From: Patescibacteria group bacterium
GTDB taxonomy: Bacteria; Patescibacteriota; Microgenomatia; UBA8517
Length of the DNA stretch: 64,000 bases
NCBI GenBank assembly: GCA_038206135.1
Contig: JBBRBD010000005.1
Location: 467 to 64,466 of the forward strand
Reading direction: 5' to 3'
Position numbers and translations under genes: made by a program. Below the pieces are notes generated by a model. That model was given only the letters and a program-made list of their open reading frames with translations. It was not told the DNA's origin and ran no database searches. How positions within the stretch are numbered: the stretch's first letter is position 1; each line of letters opens with the position of its first letter. Positions 27,371 through 36,352 of this stretch are shown here, in pieces.

Positions 27371-27859
27371 ATGGCGGCACAAACAGTTCTTACAAAAGGA
27401 ACACAAGTCACGAAGCAGACTGCTCAGGCAGTCGCTCGCGTCATTGCCACACAAACGCATGAAACGCTAAAAACGGCACAAGATCAGGTGGGTTTACCCA
27501 GATCTGAAAACTTGCCAGTATCTGAACGTCCACAGGAAACTGAGTCTTTTCAAGAAAGTGTTGAACAATTTGTGCCACAACTTGACCGAGTTCAAATTGC
27601 AAATCAGGAACGAGCAATGCTCTCACAGCTAGAAGCAAAACTAGCACAGATTAGAGCACGGAAAACGCAGGAGCTCGCTTCATACAAAGATGCACAGCAA
27701 AGCAAAATGGATTCACAAACTAATGCGAGCGCTCAACAAGAAGTTGTGGAACCACAAGGAAAAGTTAGAAAAGCGATGGGGAAGGCCAAAAAAGCAATTA
27801 CAAACCTCATCTCAAACAGGAAACAGGGAGAGTCAAAACAAGGTGCAGGGAAAGGATAA
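27371..27859 (+). CDS. Hypothetical Gln/Glu/Lys-rich coiled-coil protein.
   Basis: It starts 3 nt after the recR stop and has low-complexity composition. Confidence 0.4.
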   Translation: MAAQTVLTKGTQVTKQTAQAVARVIATQTHETLKTAQDQVGLPRSENLPVSERPQETESFQESVEQFVPQLDRVQIANQERAMLSQLEAKLAQIRARKTQELASYKDAQQSKMDSQTNASAQQEVVEPQGKVRKAMGKAKKAITNLISNRKQGESKQGAGKG

Positions 27860-27862
27860 TAA

Positions 27863-28987
27863 ATGGCTCAAATTTTCAAAGGAGTAAAAATTCTCGATTT
27901 GACCAAAGTCTTTAGCGGTCCTTTCGCGACTAGAATGTTCGCTGACTATGGAGCAGAAGTTATCAAAGTTGAAAATAAGGATGCACCAGATGATGCTCGC
28001 TTTTTCCCTCCACTTGTTAAGAACTGGAGCGGGTATTTTGAAATTTTGAATAGAAACAAAAAGGCTATTGCTCTGAACTTAAAAGAACCAGATCAATTAG
28101 CAAAACTATATCAGCTTGTCTCCAGTTGTGATGTCTTCGTCGAAAATTTATCTCCAAAAACTAAATTTTCATTGAAAATTGATTATCAGACGTTAGTTAA
28201 AATAAACCCAAGAATAATTTATGCTTCACTTTCTGGATTGGGAAAAAATTCTGAAAGAAAATATTACGACATAATTGCGCAAGCAGAGAGCGGCATGATG
28301 TCCCTTACTGGAGCTCCCGACATGCCTACAAAGATTGGTCCCGCAGTAGTTGATGCATTTTCTGGTATGACACTCGCTTTCTCAATTAGCGCAGCTTTGT
28401 TTTACAGAGAGAAGACTGGGAAAGGACAATCTATTGAGGTTTCAATGCGGGGGGCTGCTATGAATCTATTAGAAAGTAATCTAATTGGGTATTCAGTAAC
28501 GAAGAAAGATCCGCTAAGGACCGGGAATATTGATAATTTAATCTCGCCTTTTGGAGTCTACAACGCAGGAGGCACAAAAATTGCTCTAGCTATTGGAAGC
28601 GATACTCTGTGGGAAAAGTTTATTGCCTTTTCGACAGATTTAGGAATTGTGATCTCGCCTGAAAATTTTGGAAATAATGGAGATAGACTCAAACATAGTG
28701 CTGAGCTGACGTCTATAATTGAGCGAGTATTTCTGAAGACAAAGGCAGAGACTATTATTAAAAAATTAACTGAACTTGGAATTCCATGTGCCCAGGTACA
28801 AAACATGTCAGATGTTGCAAGTGATTCTGAAAATTTCGATCGTGAGTTTCTGAAAAAAGTAAAGATAAAAGGGAATGAATATATAGTACCGGGCCAAAGC
28901 ATTGTTTTTTCAGAAAATCCAGAAATTAAATATAAGAACGCTCCGATAATTGGTGAAGATAACGATAAATATGGAGTATCGTTTTGA
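27863..28987 (+). CDS. Family III CoA-transferase (CaiB/BaiF family).
   Basis: The N-terminus is MAQIFKGVKILDLTKVFSGPFATRMFADYGAEVIKVE. The C-terminal region includes a conserved Asp-containing segment. Confidence 0.75.
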   Translation: MAQIFKGVKILDLTKVFSGPFATRMFADYGAEVIKVENKDAPDDARFFPPLVKNWSGYFEILNRNKKAIALNLKEPDQLAKLYQLVSSCDVFVENLSPKTKFSLKIDYQTLVKINPRIIYASLSGLGKNSERKYYDIIAQAESGMMSLTGAPDMPTKIGPAVVDAFSGMTLAFSISAALFYREKTGKGQSIEVSMRGAAMNLLESNLIGYSVTKKDPLRTGNIDNLISPFGVYNAGGTKIALAIGSDTLWEKFIAFSTDLGIVISPENFGNNGDRLKHSAELTSIIERVFLKTKAETIIKKLTELGIPCAQVQNMSDVASDSENFDREFLKKVKIKGNEYIVPGQSIVFSENPEIKYKNAPIIGEDNDKYGVSF

Positions 28988-29921
28988 ATCGTTACAACCT
29001 AAATATTTGACTGGTTTTGAAAACCTTATAAAGTCCTCCTTTCCTTTGCAAAGTAACGACAGTATGTTACTCATAAATTGGAAGTTTTTAACTTCACGGG
29101 ATAATCGGGATGCGGTAAGTTTTGTCGCCATAGACGCTAATGATAACGTAGTTAGCCAATATTCAAATATTCCCATTATTGTTTCTTATAAAAATCAAAA
29201 TTTTTCTGCAATGGTATGTGCAGATATGGCAACACTTTTGGAACACAGGGGAAATAAACTGATTTCAACGCTTTCTAAGAAAGTATATGAAAAGGTGGTG
29301 AATGATGGTGTGATTGTAAGTATTGGTTATTCAAACCAACTAGGAGTGAAAGTTGACAAGAATGCTTTTGGTTACGGATACCAAGTGGTTGGAGAGTTTA
29401 CACGTTTTGTCAAAATAATATTAATATACTCGAAAACTAAACTGATATTGAAACTGGTCAAAGATTTTAAAAAAAATTTTGTACCTAAAAACACAACATA
29501 TTTTCGAGTATTTAAAAATTATGAATATTTAAAATGGCGATATGTTGATAAGCCAGACAATAGATATCGTATATTTGAAGTTAACGAGAATAATATATTG
29601 ATAGGATATGTCGTTTTGTTAGAGTTCAGAACTCGTCTTTATGTATACGATATTATTCTTTATGACAATGATGTAAAGATTTACAAGGAAGTACTTAAAT
29701 CTATACAAAATTACTCAAAAGAGAGACATATTTATATCGTGGTGTATCGAGTACTTGATAATAGTTTTTGGAATGAAGTATTTAAAAATGAAAACTACAT
29801 AAAAAAGACTCCTAAAAAGATTCAGTACTATCTAACTGTAAAAGTTCATAACAATCATGAAGTCTCACCTGAAATACTAAAAAAAGACTTTTGGATTTCA
29901 ATAAATGGTGATATTTACTAA
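28971..29921 (+). CDS. Hypothetical AT-rich protein, possibly a GNAT/FemAB-like acyltransferase.
   Basis: Its ATG overlaps the CoA-transferase stop by 17 nt. The composition is K/N/Y/I-rich. Assignment to the FemAB-like fold is weak. Confidence 0.3.
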   Translation: MEYRFESLQPKYLTGFENLIKSSFPLQSNDSMLLINWKFLTSRDNRDAVSFVAIDANDNVVSQYSNIPIIVSYKNQNFSAMVCADMATLLEHRGNKLISTLSKKVYEKVVNDGVIVSIGYSNQLGVKVDKNAFGYGYQVVGEFTRFVKIILIYSKTKLILKLVKDFKKNFVPKNTTYFRVFKNYEYLKWRYVDKPDNRYRIFEVNENNILIGYVVLLEFRTRLYVYDIILYDNDVKIYKEVLKSIQNYSKERHIYIVVYRVLDNSFWNEVFKNENYIKKTPKKIQYYLTVKVHNNHEVSPEILKKDFWISINGDIY

Positions 29922-29957
29922 CACTACTTTTGTAGTATGATTGCCCTAAGCTCAGAT

Positions 29958-31400
29958 ATGAAACTATATAACTCACTTTCAAAAAATATCGAAGAATTTG
30001 TTCCATTAAATGCTCCTCACGTGGGGATGTACACCTGTGGACCCACTGTTTATTCGTATGCAACAATCGGCAATTTCCGTACCTATTTGACGAGTGATTT
30101 AGTTGTACGGGCTTTGAAATTCAGTGGGTACAATGTCGAATTTATTATGAATTTAACTGATGTGGGACATTTAACAGGTGACAATGAAGGGGATGCAGAC
30201 ACAGGGGAAGATCGATTAGAAAAATCTGCCAAAAAAGAAGGAAAAACAGCTTGGGATATTGCGGACTTTTACACCAAAGCATTTATAAAAGATTTTGATG
30301 AATTAAATCTTACTAAACCTCAGAGTTTCATGAAGGCTACGGAACATATTCCAGAGCAAATCGAACTTATACAAAGACTACAAAAAAATGGTTTTGTATA
30401 TCAAATAAGTGATGGATTATATTTTGATACCGTGTCATACGAAAAGATAACTGGAAGAAAATATGGAGAACTTTCAAGTTTAGATAAAATTCTTGAAGGT
30501 GCTCGAGTTGAGCCGAATTTAGAAAAGAAAAACCCTCGAGATTTTGCATTGTGGAAGTTTTCGCCAGAAAATCAAAAGCGCCAAATGGAGTGGGATAGTC
30601 CGTGGGGAATTGGGTTCCCTGGTTGGCACATTGAATGTTCTGCAATGAGTATGGAGAAGCTTGGCGAAACTTTTGATATACACACGGGAGGGGAAGATTT
30701 GCGTGCAACTCATCATCCAAACGAAATTGCTCAAAGCGAAGGAGCCACGGGAAAACTTTTTGTGAAATATTGGATGCACAGCGCCTTTTTGAAAGTAGAT
30801 GGAAAAAGAATGGGGAAGAGTTTGGGGAATGCATATACTCTTACTGAAGTGAAAGAAAAAGGATATGACGCGATGGCACTGCGATATTTTTATATGACCG
30901 GCCACTATCGAAGCCCTTTGAATTTCACCTGGGAAGCGCTGAGCGCTGCACAGAATGCGTTAAATAAATTGCGTGCAACTTTTGCTTCCACCGAAAAGTT
31001 AGATGAAGAAATGCGCACAGAACTTTCTGAAGAGAAACTCCAAAAAATTACGGATTTTCGGCAAAAATTTACACAGAGTTTGAATGATGACTTAAATACT
31101 TCAGAGATGCTGTCTGTTTTGTGGGAAGTTGCAAAAAGTAATATTCCAAGTCCTGACAAACGAGATTTACTGTTACTATTTGATGAAGTATTGGGACTTC
31201 AACTAGATGTAAAACCTGAAGAGGGTCCAGTTCCTTCAGACGTGTTAGATTTGTTTGAAAAACGCAAAATTGCTCGAGAGAACAAGGCTTTTTTTGAAAG
31301 CGATACGCTTCGTGATCAAATTAGTGCAAAGGGTTATACTGTAAAAGATTCACCAGATGGAACCTCAAAACTCTCAAAAAGCTTTACTTTCAAAGATTAA
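29958..31400 (+). CDS. cysS: Cysteinyl-tRNA synthetase.
   Basis: HVGMYTCGPTVYSYATIGNFRTYL (HIGH region) and KMGKSLGN (KMSKS) are present. Confidence 0.85.
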   Translation: MKLYNSLSKNIEEFVPLNAPHVGMYTCGPTVYSYATIGNFRTYLTSDLVVRALKFSGYNVEFIMNLTDVGHLTGDNEGDADTGEDRLEKSAKKEGKTAWDIADFYTKAFIKDFDELNLTKPQSFMKATEHIPEQIELIQRLQKNGFVYQISDGLYFDTVSYEKITGRKYGELSSLDKILEGARVEPNLEKKNPRDFALWKFSPENQKRQMEWDSPWGIGFPGWHIECSAMSMEKLGETFDIHTGGEDLRATHHPNEIAQSEGATGKLFVKYWMHSAFLKVDGKRMGKSLGNAYTLTEVKEKGYDAMALRYFYMTGHYRSPLNFTWEALSAAQNALNKLRATFASTEKLDEEMRTELSEEKLQKITDFRQKFTQSLNDDLNTSEMLSVLWEVAKSNIPSPDKRDLLLLFDEVLGLQLDVKPEEGPVPSDVLDLFEKRKIARENKAFFESDTLRDQISAKGYTVKDSPDGTSKLSKSFTFKD

Positions 31401-32028
31401 CCTCATTCTTATTGTACTTTTAAATGCGTGTTTATTATTCTTGTTTATAAATTATATAAAGCAAGGCCAACAGCTTACATTTAATATAAAACGCATTGAT
31501 GAACTTGAAAAAAGGCCAATTGCAGTATCCACACTGTCTATTCCTGAAGCGGGTGAAAGCGGACGAGTAGCTACTTTGGCACCCACAGTAATTCCTGGGA
31601 CGACACTACTTCCAACAGCTACTCCAAAGCCTACGGTAACTCCAAAGCCGTTACTCAATAAATCGAGCGTGAGCTACTTGCCGATATATGGGGGAAACGC
31701 ACAGACAACAAGCACTAACTGGGTTGATGTTGTGGGGAGTGATTTTCAGCTTAAGTCGTCAGATTATGGCAGTTCAGCATATTTCACTTGGGAAGCTATA
31801 TCCTATTTAATCGGAGGGAGTGGCGAGGCGAGACTACGTATTTATGACACTACAAATAACGTTGTTGTATCGGGAAGCGAAATATCAGCGACAGCAGAAA
31901 AACCAACACTTGTGCTTTCAGGACGACTTAATTTTTTTAGTGGAAACAATACGTACAGAGTCCAAATTTCAAGCCTCACTAGTTCCACCGCAGAGTTTGA
32001 TTTTGGTAGGGTGAAAGTCACGTATTAA
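31357..32028 (+). CDS. Hypothetical membrane-anchored extracytoplasmic protein with a Thr/Pro linker.
   Basis: A TM segment is followed by TPKPTVTPKP and then a beta-rich domain. It overlaps the cysS 3' end. Confidence 0.4.
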   Translation: MEPQNSQKALLSKINLILIVLLNACLLFLFINYIKQGQQLTFNIKRIDELEKRPIAVSTLSIPEAGESGRVATLAPTVIPGTTLLPTATPKPTVTPKPLLNKSSVSYLPIYGGNAQTTSTNWVDVVGSDFQLKSSDYGSSAYFTWEAISYLIGGSGEARLRIYDTTNNVVVSGSEISATAEKPTLVLSGRLNFFSGNNTYRVQISSLTSSTAEFDFGRVKVTY

Positions 32029-32097
32029 ATTCCCTCAATTTACCTTTAAAAAAAAGAGTCCTTTGCTATTTTTGAAATAAGTATCATACAATGAGTA

Positions 32098-32970
32098 ATG
32101 AGATATTTGCGTATCATTGCTATTGCCAGTGCATTTGTTTTCTTCCTTGCTGGAATTGTTTCTGTTCATGCCCAGGATGCTTCAACTTCAGCATTAACAG
32201 TATCTCCAAGTGCTACACCTGAAGTGTTTGACTATGCAAAGGCATACAAGGATTATGTTTTTGTAACGGACCAATACAATAATGCACATTCCTCATATCT
32301 GCTTGCGAAGGCACAATATTCACAAGCACAAACTCTTGCATCACAAACGAAGGCACAGGAAGCAACGGCTGCAATGATTACCGCTCGTGATTCTGTGATG
32401 AAAGCATACTTAGTTGCATTGCGCTTGCGACTTTCTGAGACAGAAGGCGTAAGTGATACATCAAAACAAGGGTTGTATTCAAGAATTGATACAGATGTTT
32501 CTTGGTGGGCAACGCATCACGATAGAATTGACAGTGCCGCAAGTTTGACAGACTTAACAGCTGACTCAAGTGATGCGCAAAAGCATTTCCCTACAACAGA
32601 AGTACTCTCATATGAAGTTTTGTCTACCATTCCTCAAGGAAAGGAATTTTCATTAAGAACTCGACTGATAGACTTACTGGGGAGAACCAAAAGCGTAATT
32701 ACAAAGGTTCGCTCCAATGGTGATTTAGATACAACGGAAGCGGAACGCTGGACATTACAAACTGATCAAAAATTGACAAGAAGCCAAGATAAAGAAATTG
32801 CGGCACAATCCTTAATTGCCACGTTGTCTTCAACAGACTCTCGTGTTGCACAACTAAACAAAGCAAATACGTATAGCCAAGTTACGTCGACCCTTGGAGA
32901 ATCGCTTCAATATTTGAAAGAGGCAAGTAGCTACTTAAAAGAAGTTTTAAAACGTATAAAATTTAAATAA
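32098..32970 (+). CDS. Hypothetical secreted protein.
   Basis: A signal peptide (MRYLRIIAIASAFVFFLAGIVSVHA) is followed by a Ser/Thr/Gln-rich helical protein. Confidence 0.4.
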   Translation: MRYLRIIAIASAFVFFLAGIVSVHAQDASTSALTVSPSATPEVFDYAKAYKDYVFVTDQYNNAHSSYLLAKAQYSQAQTLASQTKAQEATAAMITARDSVMKAYLVALRLRLSETEGVSDTSKQGLYSRIDTDVSWWATHHDRIDSAASLTDLTADSSDAQKHFPTTEVLSYEVLSTIPQGKEFSLRTRLIDLLGRTKSVITKVRSNGDLDTTEAERWTLQTDQKLTRSQDKEIAAQSLIATLSSTDSRVAQLNKANTYSQVTSTLGESLQYLKEASSYLKEVLKRIKFK

Positions 32971-32971
32971 T

Positions 32972-33511
32972 ATGAACGAAACGACTAATAATCCATTGCA
33001 GCAACAACCAGTTATCTCTGGTAAACCAAGTGTTCCAAGTGCGGTAGCTGCTCCAGTTCTCCCAATGAGTACAACTACAACTCCTGTAGTCACTCCTATT
33101 CAAACACCGGTGAATGAGGGTGTTCCACCTGTATCACCAGTTGGTCCTAGAAAATTAAATATTCCAAAAATAGATTTTAAGCAGATTCCTACAATGCTCA
33201 AAAAAATGCCTAAAAAGTTTAAGATCATGGGCGGATTTGTTTTACTATTATTAATATTGTTAATTCTTGCTAGTTTTACAAAGAAAGGAAGACAAGTAAC
33301 ACAACTTATCCTGCCTTCACCAAGTCCGATTCCAGCTTCAAGTCCAGTTGGAGAGGTGCTTATTCCTACACAATACGCAACAGACACTGAAGTGCTTGAT
33401 ATCGAAAAAACATTAAACACTTTTGATGGAAATCTTTCAGGCACAAGCTTGAGTGAAGATAGTTTGAGGATTCCTGTCCTTGATTATGGAGTTGACTTTA
33501 CGAAGAAATAG
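32972..33511 (+). CDS. Hypothetical Pro/Thr-rich membrane protein.
   Basis: It starts 2 nt after the previous stop and has a central TM helix. Confidence 0.4.
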   Translation: MNETTNNPLQQQPVISGKPSVPSAVAAPVLPMSTTTTPVVTPIQTPVNEGVPPVSPVGPRKLNIPKIDFKQIPTMLKKMPKKFKIMGGFVLLLLILLILASFTKKGRQVTQLILPSPSPIPASSPVGEVLIPTQYATDTEVLDIEKTLNTFDGNLSGTSLSEDSLRIPVLDYGVDFTKK

Positions 33512-33518
33512 CTTTTAG

Positions 33519-33893
33519 CTATTTGTTATCGTCTATGTTAAAACCATGCTTTTTTGCTAAATCTTCGATTATTTTGATTTTATCGCTGTCGTTGACTCTA
33601 CCCATTTTATTTTGATCAGCCACGACGGTTGCTTGCATTGCCAACGCATTTGGATTTTTAGATGTTACCAATTCTCCTTTGTCTGTAAACGGTTTTCCAT
33701 ACTTATCATCGATTAAAACAGTTTCTGGATTTTCAAGTGGAGTAATTTGTTGTGTTTCTGGGTTATCCGGCTGTGTGGCTCCATCCTCTGGCCATTCCGG
33801 AAGATTTGGTTTATTTAGTTCAGCATTAATTCTGCCTGAATCTATTTGCTGATTTGTATTTGGATCTGTGGGAGGGCTTTGTGTTTCGCTCAT
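33519..33893 (-). CDS. Hypothetical acidic, proline-rich small protein co-transcribed downstream of the thermonuclease.
   Basis: It has no signal peptide. An 18-nt gap separates it from the nuclease gene. Confidence 0.4.
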   Translation of the reverse strand: MSETQSPPTDPNTNQQIDSGRINAELNKPNLPEWPEDGATQPDNPETQQITPLENPETVLIDDKYGKPFTDKGELVTSKNPNALAMQATVVADQNKMGRVNDSDKIKIIEDLAKKHGFNIDDNK

Positions 33894-33911
33894 AACTAAC
33901 TTTAATAAAAT

Positions 33912-34484
33912 TTATTTGGTATTGCAAGTGCTTGCCCAAAGCCCTTTGTTATTAAAAATTGCATCTCGCTCACTTGCTCTAAATAGCTCTTGTTTTGAGA
34001 TATCAGGGGGATAGCTCACCGCATGTGCATATCCACTCAGTACTAAAGTGTTATTAAAAAGCTCATCACCGACATATACATAGCGGAGAAGTCTTCCAAA
34101 ATGATCAGTTTCAGACACATCTTTAACTAATCGCACTTCTTGATTTAATAAACGGGATTTTGTGTAAGCAGAAGCTTCTTTTCCATAACACTGTACCGGT
34201 TTCCTCGGGTCGACTGTTTCTGGGGTATCAACGCCAATCAATCTAACCTTTTGCCCGGTATCTATGACTATTGTGTCACCATCTACTACTCTGGTAACTT
34301 TAAAAACCTCACCAGTTTGTGCTCCAAGAACAGGGGAGACTGTTAAGCCTGGATTTGGAGAAGGGGCAAGTGTTGTTCTTTTTGGAAGTGTGGCGTTACT
34401 CGTTTGAAAAACTGAAAAAGTAACAATGAAAATGGAAATTATATACGCGACTAATGTTTTCTTCTTTCTCGGTATTCTAAGCAT
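33912..34484 (-). CDS. Secreted thermonuclease (staphylococcal nuclease / SNase-like).
   Basis: A signal peptide is followed by GDTIVIDTGQKVRLIGVDTPETV and the ...RLLRYVYV... SNase core. Confidence 0.75.
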   Translation of the reverse strand: MLRIPRKKKTLVAYIISIFIVTFSVFQTSNATLPKRTTLAPSPNPGLTVSPVLGAQTGEVFKVTRVVDGDTIVIDTGQKVRLIGVDTPETVDPRKPVQCYGKEASAYTKSRLLNQEVRLVKDVSETDHFGRLLRYVYVGDELFNNTLVLSGYAHAVSYPPDISKQELFRASERDAIFNNKGLWASTCNTK

Positions 34485-34516
34485 ATAAATATTAAGTTAT
34501 CATACAGGAAACACGT

Positions 34517-36346
34517 ATGAAGCGCCTAGTCTTAATTCTGGTAAGTATTGTATTTTTTGTGATCCCAAAAAATGTTTTTTCAAAAGATTACAATATTTCA
34601 GTCGTCGACTTTGATATCTCAATTTTGAAGACCGGTCAGGCTCTTGTAACAGAAACGAGAACATACAATTTTTCAGGGCAGTATACCTGGGCAGAAATGG
34701 ATCGTGATTTAACTTCTCGCTGCGTTAGTTGTGAGGCTCCTGTTATTTCTAATCTGGTAATTTACGATAATGGACGGAAACTAAATCCGAATGAATTTCA
34801 GATTTCAAAGTCAGGGAACATCTGGCATCTTCGCTGGAATTATGTGGGGAATAATGACCAACATATTTTCAAAATGGAATATGTATTGAATAATGCTGTT
34901 GTAAATCACGCAAACTCTGCAGAGTTTTACTGGCAACTGATTGGAAACAAATGGCCTCAAGGAAGCGGTGTAGTTCATGCGAAAATCTCATTTCCGACAG
35001 CAGAGCCGGTTGATCAAGTCTGGGCCTTTGGACATGGACCAGTAAATGGAAAAGTTGCGATTCCCACTAATACCTATGCGACCTTTGATGCTACAAGTCT
35101 CCCTTCAAAAACCTTTTTTGAAGTGCGAATGTTATTTCCAAAGCTTCAAGCTGCAATTCCTACTGATAATATGACGAATGAAGCAATTTTTGCAGAAGAA
35201 AAAAGCTTTCAAGCTACAACAAAATTAAATTCAGCGGGAAGCGTAGCAATAGCTGCGCTTTTTTTGATAATTTCAGTTGGAGGAATTGGTATAACTCTAT
35301 ATTGGGCACTTCAGTGGTATAAGTATGGATACGATTTGCCGGTCCCTAAAATTAATTTAGCAGGCTCGCTACATGAACCACCATCTGATCTTGAACCGGC
35401 ACTTGTCGAAGGACTGATGAGCTGGAACCAAAAAATTAGTAGTAAGTCTATTGTTGCGACGGTTGTGGAACTTGCACGTCGAAAGGTAATTAAAATTGAA
35501 ACGATCAAAAAAGATCCGATTCTCGGAATATTCACCCAAAACCCGGAGGTTGTTTTTACGATTATAAGTAAGTCTGCTAAACAATCCTTTTTGGAGAAAA
35601 AGCTCATGGCATATTTATTTGAAGGTCAAGACACGATGTCTTTATCAAACATTAAATTAAAACCGAAAAATGATCCTCATCAGGCAAAGAAATTCTGGAG
35701 CGATTGGCAAGACACAATACCCGCGCTTCTAGGCAAAGAAGGATATATCACTGAAGAAAGTATTATAAATAAAAATAAACTCAAAACCACACAAAATATT
35801 GTTTATATTGCGGGGTTTGTTGGCGTCTTCTTTGGAATTCGCTTTATCGCAGAATTTCCAATTTCAGTAAGTTTTAAAATTGAATTTATTGCAACAGCTT
35901 TTGTTTTACTTATTTGTGGAACTTTTCTTTTATTGATTGAAAACAGTATGTATAAACGCACAAATAAAGGCGCTCAAGAACTCTCAGGATGGCGAGCATT
36001 CAAAAAGTTTATGAAGGATTACTCTGTAACTAAAAATTATGCTATTGATTCAGTTGTTTTGTGGGAAAAGTATTTGGTATATGGAGCAGCTCTTGGCATT
36101 TCGGCCAAAGCACTCTCAGAAATGCCTGTGAAGCTGAACGCTGACTTTGAGAAGTCTGGACTTTATTTGTATAGCGCAACAGGTTCGGCGGGACAAATCG
36201 GAAATGTTAATCAGAGTTTAAACAGTATGTTTTCTTCAATGAATAGTTCATTTGGATCATACGGAGCATCAGGTGTTGGAGGTGGCGGAGGATTCTCCGG
36301 TGGAGGTGGCGGCGGAGGCGGAGGTGGCGGTGGTGGAGCGGGGTAA
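34517..36346 (+). CDS. DUF2207-family membrane protein with a C-terminal poly-Gly tail.
   Basis: It has a signal peptide, an extracellular domain, TM helices and a C-terminal GGGGGFSGGGGGGGGGGGGGAG. Confidence 0.6.
   Translation: MKRLVLILVSIVFFVIPKNVFSKDYNISVVDFDISILKTGQALVTETRTYNFSGQYTWAEMDRDLTSRCVSCEAPVISNLVIYDNGRKLNPNEFQISKSGNIWHLRWNYVGNNDQHIFKMEYVLNNAVVNHANSAEFYWQLIGNKWPQGSGVVHAKISFPTAEPVDQVWAFGHGPVNGKVAIPTNTYATFDATSLPSKTFFEVRMLFPKLQAAIPTDNMTNEAIFAEEKSFQATTKLNSAGSVAIAALFLIISVGGIGITLYWALQWYKYGYDLPVPKINLAGSLHEPPSDLEPALVEGLMSWNQKISSKSIVATVVELARRKVIKIETIKKDPILGIFTQNPEVVFTIISKSAKQSFLEKKLMAYLFEGQDTMSLSNIKLKPKNDPHQAKKFWSDWQDTIPALLGKEGYITEESIINKNKLKTTQNIVYIAGFVGVFFGIRFIAEFPISVSFKIEFIATAFVLLICGTFLLLIENSMYKRTNKGAQELSGWRAFKKFMKDYSVTKNYAIDSVVLWEKYLVYGAALGISAKALSEMPVKLNADFEKSGLYLYSATGSAGQIGNVNQSLNSMFSSMNSSFGSYGASGVGGGGGFSGGGGGGGGGGGGGAG
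36283..36343 (+). repeat. (GGN)n simple repeat encoding the poly-Gly tail.
   Basis: The tract is GGTGGCGGAGGATTCTCCGGTGGAGGTGGCGGCGGAGGCGGAGGTGGCGGTGGTGGA. Confidence 0.7.
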
Positions 36347-36352
36347 CATATA

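Noticed and set aside
28990-29921. The AT-rich gene as a mobile element or genomic island.
   Set aside because: - It has no flanking direct or inverted repeats.
- No integrase or transposase is present.
- It lacks a tRNA anchor.
- The compositional shift is confined to one gene.
- I reported it as a compositional anomaly, not as a mobile element.
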